IMG/VR virus record: IMGVR_UViG_3300032024_000074
Location: 1 to 44,424 of that record
Source: a virus
Taxonomy: Duplodnaviria; Caudoviricetes
Reading direction: 5' to 3' (one strand)
Length of the DNA: 44,424 nucleotides
A model generated the notes under the pieces. It saw only the letters and a program-made list of their open reading frames with translations, made no database searches and was not told the origin of the DNA. Both the position numbers and the translations under genes were made by a program. Positions 8,032 to 17,800 of this stretch are shown piece after piece (positions within the stretch are counted from its first letter, which is position 1; the number at the start of each line of letters is the position of its first letter).

Positions 8032-8577
8032 CTAATTCCCTCCCGCCGCGCGCTGGAGCAGCGGCATCATGGCCTTCAGTGTGGAGGTCGCCGCCGCGAG
8101 CTCAGCATCCTGGATCGAGCCCTCCCGCAGCTTGGCCTCGGTGGCGAGGATGACGAGATCCCCGTGCCGGCTCGCCTGCGCCGCCGCCACGCACGGATCA
8201 CGCGATGCCTCGGGCTGCGCACACCACGCGGCCATCCCCCGCGCCGCGGATTCGTAGCTCGTTAGCGCCACGCTCCACGACTTCGCGGGCGTCGTCTCGC
8301 CCAAGCCGAACAGGGAGCAGCTTGCAAGCACGAGCGGCACCACCAGCAGGACGCGAAGCACGGGCCACCCTCGGTCTCGCGCCTCCGTGCCAAGCGCCGC
8401 CGAGAGCGCCACGAACACGCTCACGAGCGCGACCTGGTCCGTTGCGCTGAGGTCCACTCCGTAGCCCGAGAGCCAGAGCGCCAGCTTCGCGACGAGGGCC
8501 GCAGCGATGAGGCGCAAGACCGTCTGCCACGATGCGCTCGGCGCGCGCGTCGTCGGGTCTAGGATCACGTCGGCCAT
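8032..8577 (-). CDS. Holin-like membrane protein with internal lipobox (possible holin/spanin-like fusion)
   Basis: Two hydrophobic segments, then R-rich plus hydrophobic LRVLLVVPLVLAS-C (Cys87) and a helical soluble domain. RBS AAGGAGG. Confidence 0.6.
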   Translation of the reverse strand: MADVILDPTTRAPSASWQTVLRLIAAALVAKLALWLSGYGVDLSATDQVALVSVFVALSAALGTEARDRGWPVLRVLLVVPLVLASCSLFGLGETTPAKSWSVALTSYESAARGMAAWCAQPEASRDPCVAAAQASRHGDLVILATEAKLREGSIQDAELAAATSTLKAMMPLLQRAAGGN

Positions 8578-8578
8578 C

Positions 8579-9052
8579 TCACACCTCCTTCGTTGCGACG
8601 TATTCAATCCCCGGGATCAGGATGCCGACATTCCAGTCACGCTCAGCGAGCACCCGCTCCACGACACCATCGTTCTTCGAGTGGGCTTCGATCGTCCCGC
8701 CATGCCCGTCACTGAAGACGATATGCCCATACTTCTTGCCCTTCGCGAGCCGTAGCACGAGTGCGCCGGGGAACTTTGCCGCCTCGGCAACGGTGATCCC
8801 CGTGCCGAGCTTTAGCGAGTCGCGTGCGTAGAATCCCGTGTAGGCATCGGCTGCCTTGGCACGCTTCGGATCGTTCGTCGAGCAGCCGTAGAGGATGCCG
8901 GACACCTGAAACACAACCCAAGCCGTGAACTCTGCACAATCCCACGGGCCATGCCAGTTTTTGTCGTTCTTCGGAACCGACGCGCCGATCAGGTACGGCT
9001 CACCGAGTCGCGTGCGCGCAAGATCGAGGACCTGCTGTCCGGTGGGCCTCAT
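8579..9052 (-). CDS. NlpC/P60 (CHAP-like) peptidoglycan endopeptidase, putative endolysin
   Basis: ARTRLGEPY..G, WDCAEF (catalytic Cys) and YGHIVFSDG...TIEA (His). ATGA-coupled start. Confidence 0.8.
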   Translation of the reverse strand: MRPTGQQVLDLARTRLGEPYLIGASVPKNDKNWHGPWDCAEFTAWVVFQVSGILYGCSTNDPKRAKAADAYTGFYARDSLKLGTGITVAEAAKFPGALVLRLAKGKKYGHIVFSDGHGGTIEAHSKNDGVVERVLAERDWNVGILIPGIEYVATKEV

Positions 9053-9282
9053 CCCGCACGCTCCGCGTGGTACGCCTGGAGCGCCGGGCAGTCCTGAAAC
9101 TCCGTCTCCAGCTTGCGTAGTCTCCCCTCGTGATCCTTTCCCATCGCGCATAGCCCGTCGATCTTCACGACGAGCACAGCCGTCGAGGTGCGAAAGCTCG
9201 CCACCGTCCACACGGCCGTTGCGCAGGCAATCAGCATCGTTACGACGAGTGCGATAGCCGCGATGATGACGGTCGAGTCCAC
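9049..9282 (-). CDS. Putative holin (single TM plus coiled coil)
   Basis: N-terminal TM IIAAIALVVTMLIACATAVW, C-terminal DHEGRLRKLE, directly upstream of the endolysin; GGAGG RBS. Confidence 0.55.
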   Translation of the reverse strand: MDSTVIIAAIALVVTMLIACATAVWTVASFRTSTAVLVVKIDGLCAMGKDHEGRLRKLETEFQDCPALQAYHAERAG

Positions 9283-9294
9283 GTCAGCCTCCCC

Positions 9295-9399
9295 CTACTG
9301 CGCCACGGCGCAGCGCGTGCGGCCACCACCAGCGCTGGACGGCTCGCAGTCCCCGACCGTGCTTCCCTCGTACCTGCACTGCGCCGGCAACTTGTGCAT
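9295..9399 (-). pseudogene. 34-aa orphan ORF homologous to the C-terminus of the beta-helix protein at 10910..12727
   Basis: MHKLPAQCRYEGSTVGDCEP versus MRKLPAQCRYEGSTTGDCAP (17/20 identical). The start overlaps the upstream stop (TGATG). Confidence 0.65.
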
Positions 9400-10838
9400 C
9401 ACGGCACTTGCCCGCAGCCGATGGCGTCCCATCGTATGACCTCCACTCCGTAGCTCTCGAGATCCGCGAGGAACGCGGCTTCCGAGGCGAGCGTGTTGGC
9501 GTTGGAGCCTTCGTAGAACACGCGCCGTGCGGCGCGATAGATCGCGAGCACGTCGTCGTTTTCGTTGTGCGTCGTGGTGTTGGGATCATCCCAGTAGTCG
9601 CAGGCGTCCGTGCCGTCACACGCACCGCCGCGGCAGGATGCCTTGAGGCTCCCGGTCGCGCTGTAGTCGCAGTCGTGCGGCCCCTCCCACGTCGACTCCT
9701 CATTCCACCACGCCAGCGTTTCGCTGAGCCGTAGCTGCACCGGGATGCTCCGCGCTCGAAGCGCCTCGATCACCGCGCGATAGCCTTGGACGTAGTCGGT
9801 CCAGTCAGCGCCGCCAGAGCCCGGCGTCGGACTCGCCGAGAACGGGGTGGAGTTCGTCGCGTAGTAGTCCTGGATCGTGATCCCGCTGGGGTGCTCGACG
9901 CAGTTGATGTCCCACGTGCCGCCGATGTACCAATCCGGGTGATGCCACGCGCGGGCGCCGGCTGCCGACTCGCGACACGAGAAGTGGCTGAATTTCGTAT
10001 CGAACTCGAAGCCCCACGCCCAGTCTTTGGCATCGTCCCAGAGGCCCTGATACCGCGCCAGCAGCCACGTACGATAGTCCGCGTTGCCGACCTTCATCAC
10101 GATTGCGTTGTTGAAGACGTTGCAAATGTCACTGTACTGCGTGTGCGGCATGTAGTAGACGAACGACTTCCAGGCGTCGGGGGTCTGCGGCGAGACGCGG
10201 TCGGCGTAGGACTGCACCGAATGATTCGACGCTGGTGTGCCGTAGGTGTAGAGGAACGAGCAGTGCCCGGCTGTCGGCGTCGTGCAGGCCTGGCAGATTG
10301 CCGAGGTGCTCTCGGTGATCGCCGCGACGCGATCGGCCCACGCCTGCGACGTTGTCGCGAACCAGCTTTGGCTTACCCCTGGCAGTGCCATATCCGGGTA
10401 GCCCATCAGATCGAAGCGCGTGAAGAGAACCGCCTGTACGTCGCTCTTTCCGCCGCGGAGCGCATTGAGACCCGCTACGTAGCTCTCAAGGTCCGAGAGT
10501 GCGGAGTAGCCCGAGGGATAGAAGCCCACGCAGCTCTGCGCTTCGCGCGCATATTGGACTGTCGCGGACGGGAGCGGCGCGTCGAGCGTGACTCCGTAGG
10601 TTGTGCTCGGAGTCGTCGCTTGCGCGTCGGTATAGACGCCGAACGTAGAGAGCGTCAACCACGCGACGCTATCCGCTACGGTCTGGAGCGTCGGGCTGGC
10701 GACGCACGACGACTTGCGATCCATCGCGCGCTCAAAGAACGGGATGCAGTAGTCGAGCTTCCGAAACTTCGAGATGCCTGGCCCGGAGAACGACGCCCCA
10801 AGCAGGAGAAGTGGCAGCGCGAGTAGGATCCGGCGCAT
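9399..10838 (-). CDS. Secreted Cys-rich protein, possible TIM-barrel glycoside hydrolase-like
   Basis: Signal-peptide-like MRRILLALPLLLLGA. VMKVGNADYRTW...WGFEFD and FYEG resemble GHL15/GH114-like barrels (weak, by eye). Confidence 0.5.
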   Translation of the reverse strand: MRRILLALPLLLLGASFSGPGISKFRKLDYCIPFFERAMDRKSSCVASPTLQTVADSVAWLTLSTFGVYTDAQATTPSTTYGVTLDAPLPSATVQYAREAQSCVGFYPSGYSALSDLESYVAGLNALRGGKSDVQAVLFTRFDLMGYPDMALPGVSQSWFATTSQAWADRVAAITESTSAICQACTTPTAGHCSFLYTYGTPASNHSVQSYADRVSPQTPDAWKSFVYYMPHTQYSDICNVFNNAIVMKVGNADYRTWLLARYQGLWDDAKDWAWGFEFDTKFSHFSCRESAAGARAWHHPDWYIGGTWDINCVEHPSGITIQDYYATNSTPFSASPTPGSGGADWTDYVQGYRAVIEALRARSIPVQLRLSETLAWWNEESTWEGPHDCDYSATGSLKASCRGGACDGTDACDYWDDPNTTTHNENDDVLAIYRAARRVFYEGSNANTLASEAAFLADLESYGVEVIRWDAIGCGQVP

Positions 10839-10909
10839 GGCTACAGTGCCCTGCGCGGGGTCATCTCGGATCCGATCAGCGGCGTTGAGATAGCCACGGC
10901 TGCATCCTC

Positions 10910-12727
10910 CTAGTACGCCCGAATAGGGAGCAAGAATGTCGAGGGTGCGGTGTACGGCGCGCAGTCCCCCGTGGTGGACCCTTCGTAGCGGCACTGCGCC
11001 GGGAGCTTGCGCATCGCCCCGCCGATCACGTCAACGTCTCCGCCGATCGCCGGCCAGGGCGACGAGATCGTCCACCAGCTCGGCTTGGAGGTGTAGACGA
11101 GGGAGGCGGGGAAGCTCAGTCCCCAATTCGTTGGGCCGTTCGAGCTGGCGACGTTGTTGACGCTGCTTGTGTCAGTCTGCGGCACAAGCTTCAGTAGGCC
11201 CTCGATCAGATTCCTTTCGAGCCAGTAGTTGTTGTACGGGGTGAACTGTGTGCAGGCGGTAGCTGCGTCCAGGTCTCCCGTGTCGCCGTTGTGCGCAATG
11301 GTGGCGACGTTCAGCATCCAGTTTGCGTAGGGCGACAGCGTTTTGTTGTTGACGTCGCACTGGACCGAGATCCCGCTCTCATTCGCCGTCTTGCTGTGCG
11401 AAGCGTGCCGGTGCGTTGGGTTGGCCGATATGCGATTGCGGTACTGGGTATTTCGATACTGTTGCGACCCCCAGAAGGTATCTGGCATCGTCCGCAGTTC
11501 TACGTCACTGCCCTCGACCAGGCTCTCGTTAGCGAGGCCGTGCATGAACACGCTGTTCTGCACTCCGTATGCCTGCGCTCCGCAGGATTCGGCGACCGCT
11601 GGCGAGCAGCGCGAGAAGTTGTACGCATAGATGTTGCCCTGTGCCCCAGCCTCAAACTTGATGTCTACATGCGCACCCTCGAAGATGCTGTTGATGACCG
11701 CCGACTCTACGCCGGTCATCGCGATGCCCTGCTCATTGAACGGCCAGAAGTAGGTATTCAGAATCCACACCCGGTCGAGCAGCACGCGAGCGGATCTGCT
11801 GTCCCCAGAGAGCGAACTCGTGACGTTGATCGCCACGTTCTGCGTCTGGAGCGTGTCGCAATCGACAGGCGCCCCGGTGCCAGCGCACGCCTGGCTGATG
11901 ATCTTCACATCCTGCACCCATGACTCCACTACCGCATCAAAGGCAATCGCCGGCTCGAACATCCAGTCCGGGGCCTGCGCGGCCGGGTCAACGAACTCGA
12001 TCGACAGAGCCTCGATCCCAACGCCGCGCCGCGGAGTGATCTCGCGGACGGTCTGTTGGCATGGTGTCGGGCCGTTGCTGTGATCGTTTCGCAGGGGGCG
12101 GTCGATCACTATGTCGTTGCCGTCCACCGAGACGACCTTGGCAACGTAGATGTTGCGCGCGTTGTTCCACGATCCGCTTGGGTCGCAGGCGTGGCTATCG
12201 ACATTCAGCTCGGCCGGGAAGGCGCTCTTGAGACGAATCCAATCGCCAGCGGTGATGCCGCTTGCGCTCGCCACCGTGACGGTCGTAGTCCCGCGTGCGA
12301 ACCCTGCCGTCCAGTTGGTTGCGGTGCCAGGAGCCGCGCTCGTGCGCGCGAGGATCTGCTGCTCTGGGACGTGCAGCCGGAGAAGCGTCGAGCCAATGCC
12401 GCCGCCACGCAGAACGATATTGTCCTTCTCGATAAGGATGTCGCCGCCGCCGTTGATGTTGTAGGTACAGCTACTCTGAAGCTGAAGCACAGTGCTCGCG
12501 CCGGCTGCGTTGATGGCGTTCTGGATGGCCGTCTTGTCGTTCGTCGCGTTGTCCGCGCAGTCTGCGGCGTTGACATTCGTCACCGTCCACCCGCTCGTAT
12601 CCACGGCCGTCGGCATGTACCAGTCCGGTACGCGGCTCGCGGAGATGGTGAGGTCTCCCAGCGGCGGGGATGCGCCGGCCGCGGTGGCGAGGAGGAGCAG
12701 GAGCAGGGTGGCAAGAGCACGCATCAT
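10910..12727 (-). CDS. Secreted right-handed beta-helix (pectin-lyase-like) protein
   Basis: Signal peptide MMRALATLLLLLLATAAGA. NDKTAIQNAINAA...IVLRGGG is a beta-helix cap; SWVQDVKI, INSIFEG and GNIYAYN are helix rungs. Confidence 0.75.
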   Translation of the reverse strand: MMRALATLLLLLLATAAGASPPLGDLTISASRVPDWYMPTAVDTSGWTVTNVNAADCADNATNDKTAIQNAINAAGASTVLQLQSSCTYNINGGGDILIEKDNIVLRGGGIGSTLLRLHVPEQQILARTSAAPGTATNWTAGFARGTTTVTVASASGITAGDWIRLKSAFPAELNVDSHACDPSGSWNNARNIYVAKVVSVDGNDIVIDRPLRNDHSNGPTPCQQTVREITPRRGVGIEALSIEFVDPAAQAPDWMFEPAIAFDAVVESWVQDVKIISQACAGTGAPVDCDTLQTQNVAINVTSSLSGDSRSARVLLDRVWILNTYFWPFNEQGIAMTGVESAVINSIFEGAHVDIKFEAGAQGNIYAYNFSRCSPAVAESCGAQAYGVQNSVFMHGLANESLVEGSDVELRTMPDTFWGSQQYRNTQYRNRISANPTHRHASHSKTANESGISVQCDVNNKTLSPYANWMLNVATIAHNGDTGDLDAATACTQFTPYNNYWLERNLIEGLLKLVPQTDTSSVNNVASSNGPTNWGLSFPASLVYTSKPSWWTISSPWPAIGGDVDVIGGAMRKLPAQCRYEGSTTGDCAPYTAPSTFLLPIRAY

Positions 12728-14838
12728 CGTGCCGTCGTCAAACGCGCCGAGGCGTGCATGTAGTCGTACTGCCAATACACGGCACCAATGTCCCCGGCCT
12801 CCTCCGCCAGTAGGCAGATCACTCCAGTAAATCGGGTGGAGCCCGGGACGTTGCTGGTCACCGTCGCGTAGAGCACGTCGTTCAGGTAGTACGCGATCGA
12901 CGTCCCGGCCGCGTTGGCGACGACGCGCAGCTTGTACCACGTGGCCGCAGCGGCGGCGACGGGGGTGTCCCCAGCCACCTCCGAGCCCGTGCTAGAGGCG
13001 ATATTCCGGACTTGCCAGTTCGTCGAGACGGACCTGTCGTAGACGAAGAATGCGCCGTCTACCGGGACTCCCGTCGAAGAGTCGGAGAAGCCACAGATGA
13101 ACACGTAGTCATTCGTGACGTCCGCAAGAGCACTGAGCAGGACGCGACCCTCGAAGAGCACGACGCCCTGGCCGAAGCGGAATCCGTTCAGGTTCCCACC
13201 AAGGCGGTTGTAACAACCGTCCGTCGCGCCACCCGTGTTGATGTCGCCTTGAGAGATGGAGTTTGCATCGGCCGTCGCAGACGCCGCGGTCCATGCGCAG
13301 TTAGAGCCGCTCTTCGTCCACGGATCGGCGTTGTTCCCAGTAAATCCTTCATCCGTTTCGGACCATCCGAATGCAGGCGCGAGCTGCTCGTAGCGGACGG
13401 CCTCGCCCGCGGCATCCGCATCTGCCGCCAGCAGCAGCGTATCCGCATTGAACGTCTTCGGCCCGGTGACGGTCTGCGTGCCAGCGAGCGTCATGTCACC
13501 GCTACCACCTCCAAGCGTGGTCGGGGCTCCGCTGTTGGCGTTGCAGAACTCGAAGGCAGAATCCGTAGTGTCGTACCAGTAGAGGCCCTGCTCGCCGGTA
13601 CAGTCGTCATCGTCCACCGCGACATTGTTGCGGTCGATCTTCCCAGTGAAGATCGGGGTAGCGGCGGTCAGCGTTGCCCCGGCCGAGAACGTCGCCGTCG
13701 AGCCAGAGTTGAATACCCAGTCGGTGCCGGTGACCATCGTCGAGTCCGCGTCGGTGCGCGCTGCGGCCGTCGGCGGGAGGAACTGGTCCCAGCGCACCGC
13801 CTCCCCGGTCGCGTCGCCATCGGCCGACAATAGGAGCGTATTGGCGGCAAACGTCTTGATCCCGGTGTTCGTCTGCGCGCTGGCAAGGACCATATCCCCC
13901 GCGCCGGCGGTCGTGCATCCTTCCACCGCCCCGCTGGCGTCCACACCGAGTGGATAGTTGCCCGCCGAACAATTCGCCCCGTTCGCCGAGAGGACAGTCG
14001 CCGTGCCTGCGTTGCCAGAGATGCTCCCCGTAGCAGATCCGATGTTGGGAGTCGTGAGCACGGGACTACCAGCGCGAACAGGGGCTCCTGAGCCGGTCGC
14101 TGTCGTCCATACCGGAAGTGCACTTGCGCCACCGCCCACGAGGACTTCCGTCGTCGCGCCATTCGCCAACGTCTGCTGCGCCCCGGTCGCGGTCGTTCCG
14201 GTGGCTATCAGCGAGTACGCCGTCGTTCCGGTTGCCCGGCCAGATCCTCCATTAGGAACGCTCACGGGGATCGTCACCGCGTCAGCGGTAGGCAGCCTCG
14301 CCTCGATCTGCGTCTGTGCGTCGCTCGTCAGTCCTCCGATGTAGCCGTACTCCGTGTTGGTGACGCCGCCAGCGCCGATCTTCACCGCGTCGATGCCCGC
14401 GTCTAGCGCGCAGCTCTCGGGCGTCCCCGCGCAGATGAAGGCGCCGAAATCGTCCGCTCCCATCTTCGGATCGGTCACGCTGTCGTCGTTCGGTACTCCC
14501 CCGACGCTCCCGGCGGTGACCCATTTATTCGCGCCGCCGACCGCCGCGTCATACTGGCAGATGGTGACGACCGAGCCTTCGCCCGTCGTGCAGTCCGTCT
14601 TGCTCACCGCGTCGACGACAACCGCCAGCGCCCCGTCCGTCGCGCTCCCGCAGATCCCGGCCGGCGTCCCTACGCCCCGGAGCTGCTTTCCAACGCCCTC
14701 AGCGTTGCCGATTCGGCAGATCGGAACGGCTACCCCGCCCGCCGTGAACGCGATGCCGGGTGCTGAGAGGTCTTGCGCGAACGCCGGGAAGCCGGCGAGC
14801 GCGACCGCGAGCGCGACCGAGCGAGACCATCGACCCAT
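12724..14838 (-). CDS. Signal-peptide-bearing fibre-like protein with C-terminal ConA/LamG-like domain
   Basis: MGRWSRSVALAVALAGFPAFA signal; fibre motifs IDAVKIG...GLTSDAQTQI and two QTxTGxKTF...EAVRxxQ repeats; WYKLRVV...YYLNDVL beta-sandwich. RBS GGAGG favours 14838; 14853 is the alternative. Confidence 0.65.
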   Translation of the reverse strand: MGRWSRSVALAVALAGFPAFAQDLSAPGIAFTAGGVAVPICRIGNAEGVGKQLRGVGTPAGICGSATDGALAVVVDAVSKTDCTTGEGSVVTICQYDAAVGGANKWVTAGSVGGVPNDDSVTDPKMGADDFGAFICAGTPESCALDAGIDAVKIGAGGVTNTEYGYIGGLTSDAQTQIEARLPTADAVTIPVSVPNGGSGRATGTTAYSLIATGTTATGAQQTLANGATTEVLVGGGASALPVWTTATGSGAPVRAGSPVLTTPNIGSATGSISGNAGTATVLSANGANCSAGNYPLGVDASGAVEGCTTAGAGDMVLASAQTNTGIKTFAANTLLLSADGDATGEAVRWDQFLPPTAAARTDADSTMVTGTDWVFNSGSTATFSAGATLTAATPIFTGKIDRNNVAVDDDDCTGEQGLYWYDTTDSAFEFCNANSGAPTTLGGGSGDMTLAGTQTVTGPKTFNADTLLLAADADAAGEAVRYEQLAPAFGWSETDEGFTGNNADPWTKSGSNCAWTAASATADANSISQGDINTGGATDGCYNRLGGNLNGFRFGQGVVLFEGRVLLSALADVTNDYVFICGFSDSSTGVPVDGAFFVYDRSVSTNWQVRNIASSTGSEVAGDTPVAAAAATWYKLRVVANAAGTSIAYYLNDVLYATVTSNVPGSTRFTGVICLLAEEAGDIGAVYWQYDYMHASARLTTAR

Positions 14839-14854
14839 CTGCGCGCCCTCCATC

Positions 14855-17800
14855 TTACTGGTTGACCGGGAACCCGTAGAGCTGGACGTCCATCTCCGGC
14901 AACGCCTTCGAGAGACACGTGCAGGCTCCGCTACTCGCCACGATCCGGTACTTCGTGCGCTTGATATTGTCCGCGCCGTGGGTTGCCGCTCCGATCGCCC
15001 CGGACCACGTGATCTGCGTGGCCGTGTTGCTCGTGATCGTTTTCAGCGCGAGCGCCCCGTCCCCGGCCTCGATCACAACCCGGCGCGAGGCCGAGGAGTG
15101 CTCGTCCGTCGTCCACGCCTTCGTGCTGTCGTTGAGCGTGGTGGTTGTGCCGTTCGAGGTCGCGTAGCCCGAGGCGACCGTGGCTAGGCACGCCTCCTCG
15201 CCTCCGATCGTCGCGTAGTCGTCGTCGATCTGGACCTGCCAGTAGTCCGACGCGGTCCCGATCTCGGCGACGTTCCATGCGGCACTATCCCCGTCCGCCA
15301 CGAGCCCGTCGCCGCCGAGGGCGAACGGGTGGCCGCCCGGGAAATACTCCGTGGTGCCGGCGACGGTCCCGCTCTTGAGCACGCGGATATTGCACGTGGT
15401 CGAAGCCGCGGGCGCGCCGTAGAGCCGAACGGACGCCCGCTGCATCCACGTCTTCGGCCAGTCCGGCTTCCGTAGTCGCGTGCGCTCGTCCGTGCACGCG
15501 CGCCACGCCCCGTCCCCCAGGTCAAGGCAGTACGGCGGCGATGCGCCAAGCGTTACCGCAGGAACCCGCACCCGGATGGTCTCGCCGACCGCCCCCGTAA
15601 CGTCGTTCGGCTCGAACCCGCGGACCCAGACGTTCGTCCGGTTGAGCAGATTCGCGTAGCCCCCGGCCACGTTCTGCATCGAGGCGCTGGGGCCGAGCGT
15701 GATGTGGGCTGCGGCCTTGTTGTCGCGGTTGTTGTTGCCGCCGATGCCGCCCTGGTCGTTGCCCGTGGTCGCGATTGCGGAGATGACCTTCGCGTCCATG
15801 ATGACCTGCGGCGTGAACGAGGGATCTCCTGTCCCGATCAGGCGCACGCACGAGTTCAGCCCGCCCGTCGCAAGGACGCAGGTGCCGCGGAGGGTGAGGT
15901 TGCGGATCGGGCCGACGTTGGTCCCGACGTAGGCTTCAATCGTGGGCTTCGCGTTCGCGCCCGTCGCGCGGAAGGAGCCGTCCACGATGACGGCCCGAGA
16001 CTGTGCGATTTCCAGGAGCGCGAGCGCTGCGCTACCGAGCCCTTCGAGCGAGGTTCCCGGGAGCACCTGAAGGTCGTCGCACTCGGTAGACGTGAACCCG
16101 TTATAGCCGCAGCCGTCGTTCGAGCCCCAGCGGCCAAAGCCCGCCGAGACGGACGAGCCGATTTCGAGGCTCACGTCCGAGGCGCGCATCTGGATCGTGG
16201 AGCCCGCCTGCTGCCCGTCCATCACGATCGACGTGAGGAGCCCCGCCGCGTTGTCCGCCTGGATCTCCGAGTGGAGTCGGCCACCCGCGATGACCGCAAG
16301 AGGCCCGGTGGCCGAGGCTGTGCCAGCCCCAACATGCGGACTGAGCTTGAGGTCTCCGGTACACCCGTTGCACCAGAGTAGGAGCGTCGAGACGAGGGTG
16401 CCGCCGTCGATCCCGACCGTCGTGGTCATGTCGAGCGGGTCATCGAACGCCAGGTTGGCGTTCTTCGTAAAGTCTCCCGAGTCCCCCCAGGCATCTCCGA
16501 TCTGGATGCACGGGAGCAGGTAGTTCACGACGTTCGTCGTGTTCGCCATCGTGCAGTAGAGCTTGGCCTTATCCCACGGGCCGATGAAGTGGATGGTCGG
16601 GATCAGGGCCGTGCCCGTGCAGTCCGGGGCCGTTGCGCCGGAGGGCGGCGAAGTGTCACCGCAGATCACGATGCGCGTGCCAAGCGTGTATCCACCCTGC
16701 TGAGGCGCGGCGAGGTAGACATCGGTCTCCGCGGTCAACGCGCCGCTCGGCCAGATCAAGGCGTTGATCGCGGCCTGGAGCTCCGCGGATAGGTCCCCGT
16801 CGTCGTTATCATCGTCGACGCGCTTGCAGCGGACGTCTTCTTGTCCGTAGGCATCCGAGGTCCCGCAGGCGAACGGGATGTCCTTGTGGCGTGCCGCGCT
16901 GGTACTCCCGCTGCTCGGCTCGCCGACGCTGTTGAGCTTGTACCCCCCCATCGACTGCTGCCCGGTGAACGCCTGCGTACCCGCTCGGAGGATGAGGTTC
17001 GTCGGCACCGGCACCTGATCGAACCGCACAGCGTCCGCGGGATCGCTCCCCGCCGTAAGGTTCGTGACTTTGTGCGAATCCATATTGAGCACGCCGGTCA
17101 TCGTGTCGCCGGCCTTGAGGATTCGGGCGTTGAGCTGCGTCTGGAGCGGGGAGGAGAGCCCGTCGAGGCGGTCAAACTCAGCGGCGCTAACCAAGCCGCC
17201 GCCGAGCTTGGCCGGATCCACTCCGGCGTAGATCGACGAGCTGGTCACGGTATTGGCGTTGAGCGAGCAGGCTCCGAGCCAGCACGTGAACGCCACGAAG
17301 TCGGCATCCTCCATCTCCGCCGGGTCGATGGCAGCGCCAAGCGTCGATGCGATCGTCAGGCTGTCGGCCGTGGCGTCGCCCGTGATCGTGACTCCGGCGC
17401 CAGCGGTAATCGTGAGAGTGTCCGTCGCAGAGTCCGCAACCGGGGTCGTGCCGGAAGTCGGCGCCATCGTCTGAAAGGAGTTCCCGCCGGCCTGGTCCGA
17501 GCAATCCCACACCGAGCCGTTTGTCTTGAGCACCTGGTTCGCGGTGCACGCCTTCAGGCCGAGCGTCCCGCCCTCGGTGCCCGTGAACGTGAGCCCCCCA
17601 TCCGCAGTAGCGGCGGCGCAGTAGTTCCCGGTAGTGGCCGCGCCCAGCTCGACAGAGTTCGGCAGCAGGGTCGCGGTGACGTGGTTCGCGGCGTCGACGA
17701 ACGCGATATCCGCCGAATCGTCGAAGGTCGGGTCGGCCGTCGCGCTGCTATTGACCGACACCTGATCGCCCTGGGCGGCACCGACCGTCCCGACCCACTT

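Noticed and set aside
9340-11014. Diversity-generating retroelement TR/VR pair
   Set aside because: Differences are largely synonymous and not adenine-specific, and no reverse transcriptase is in the window.
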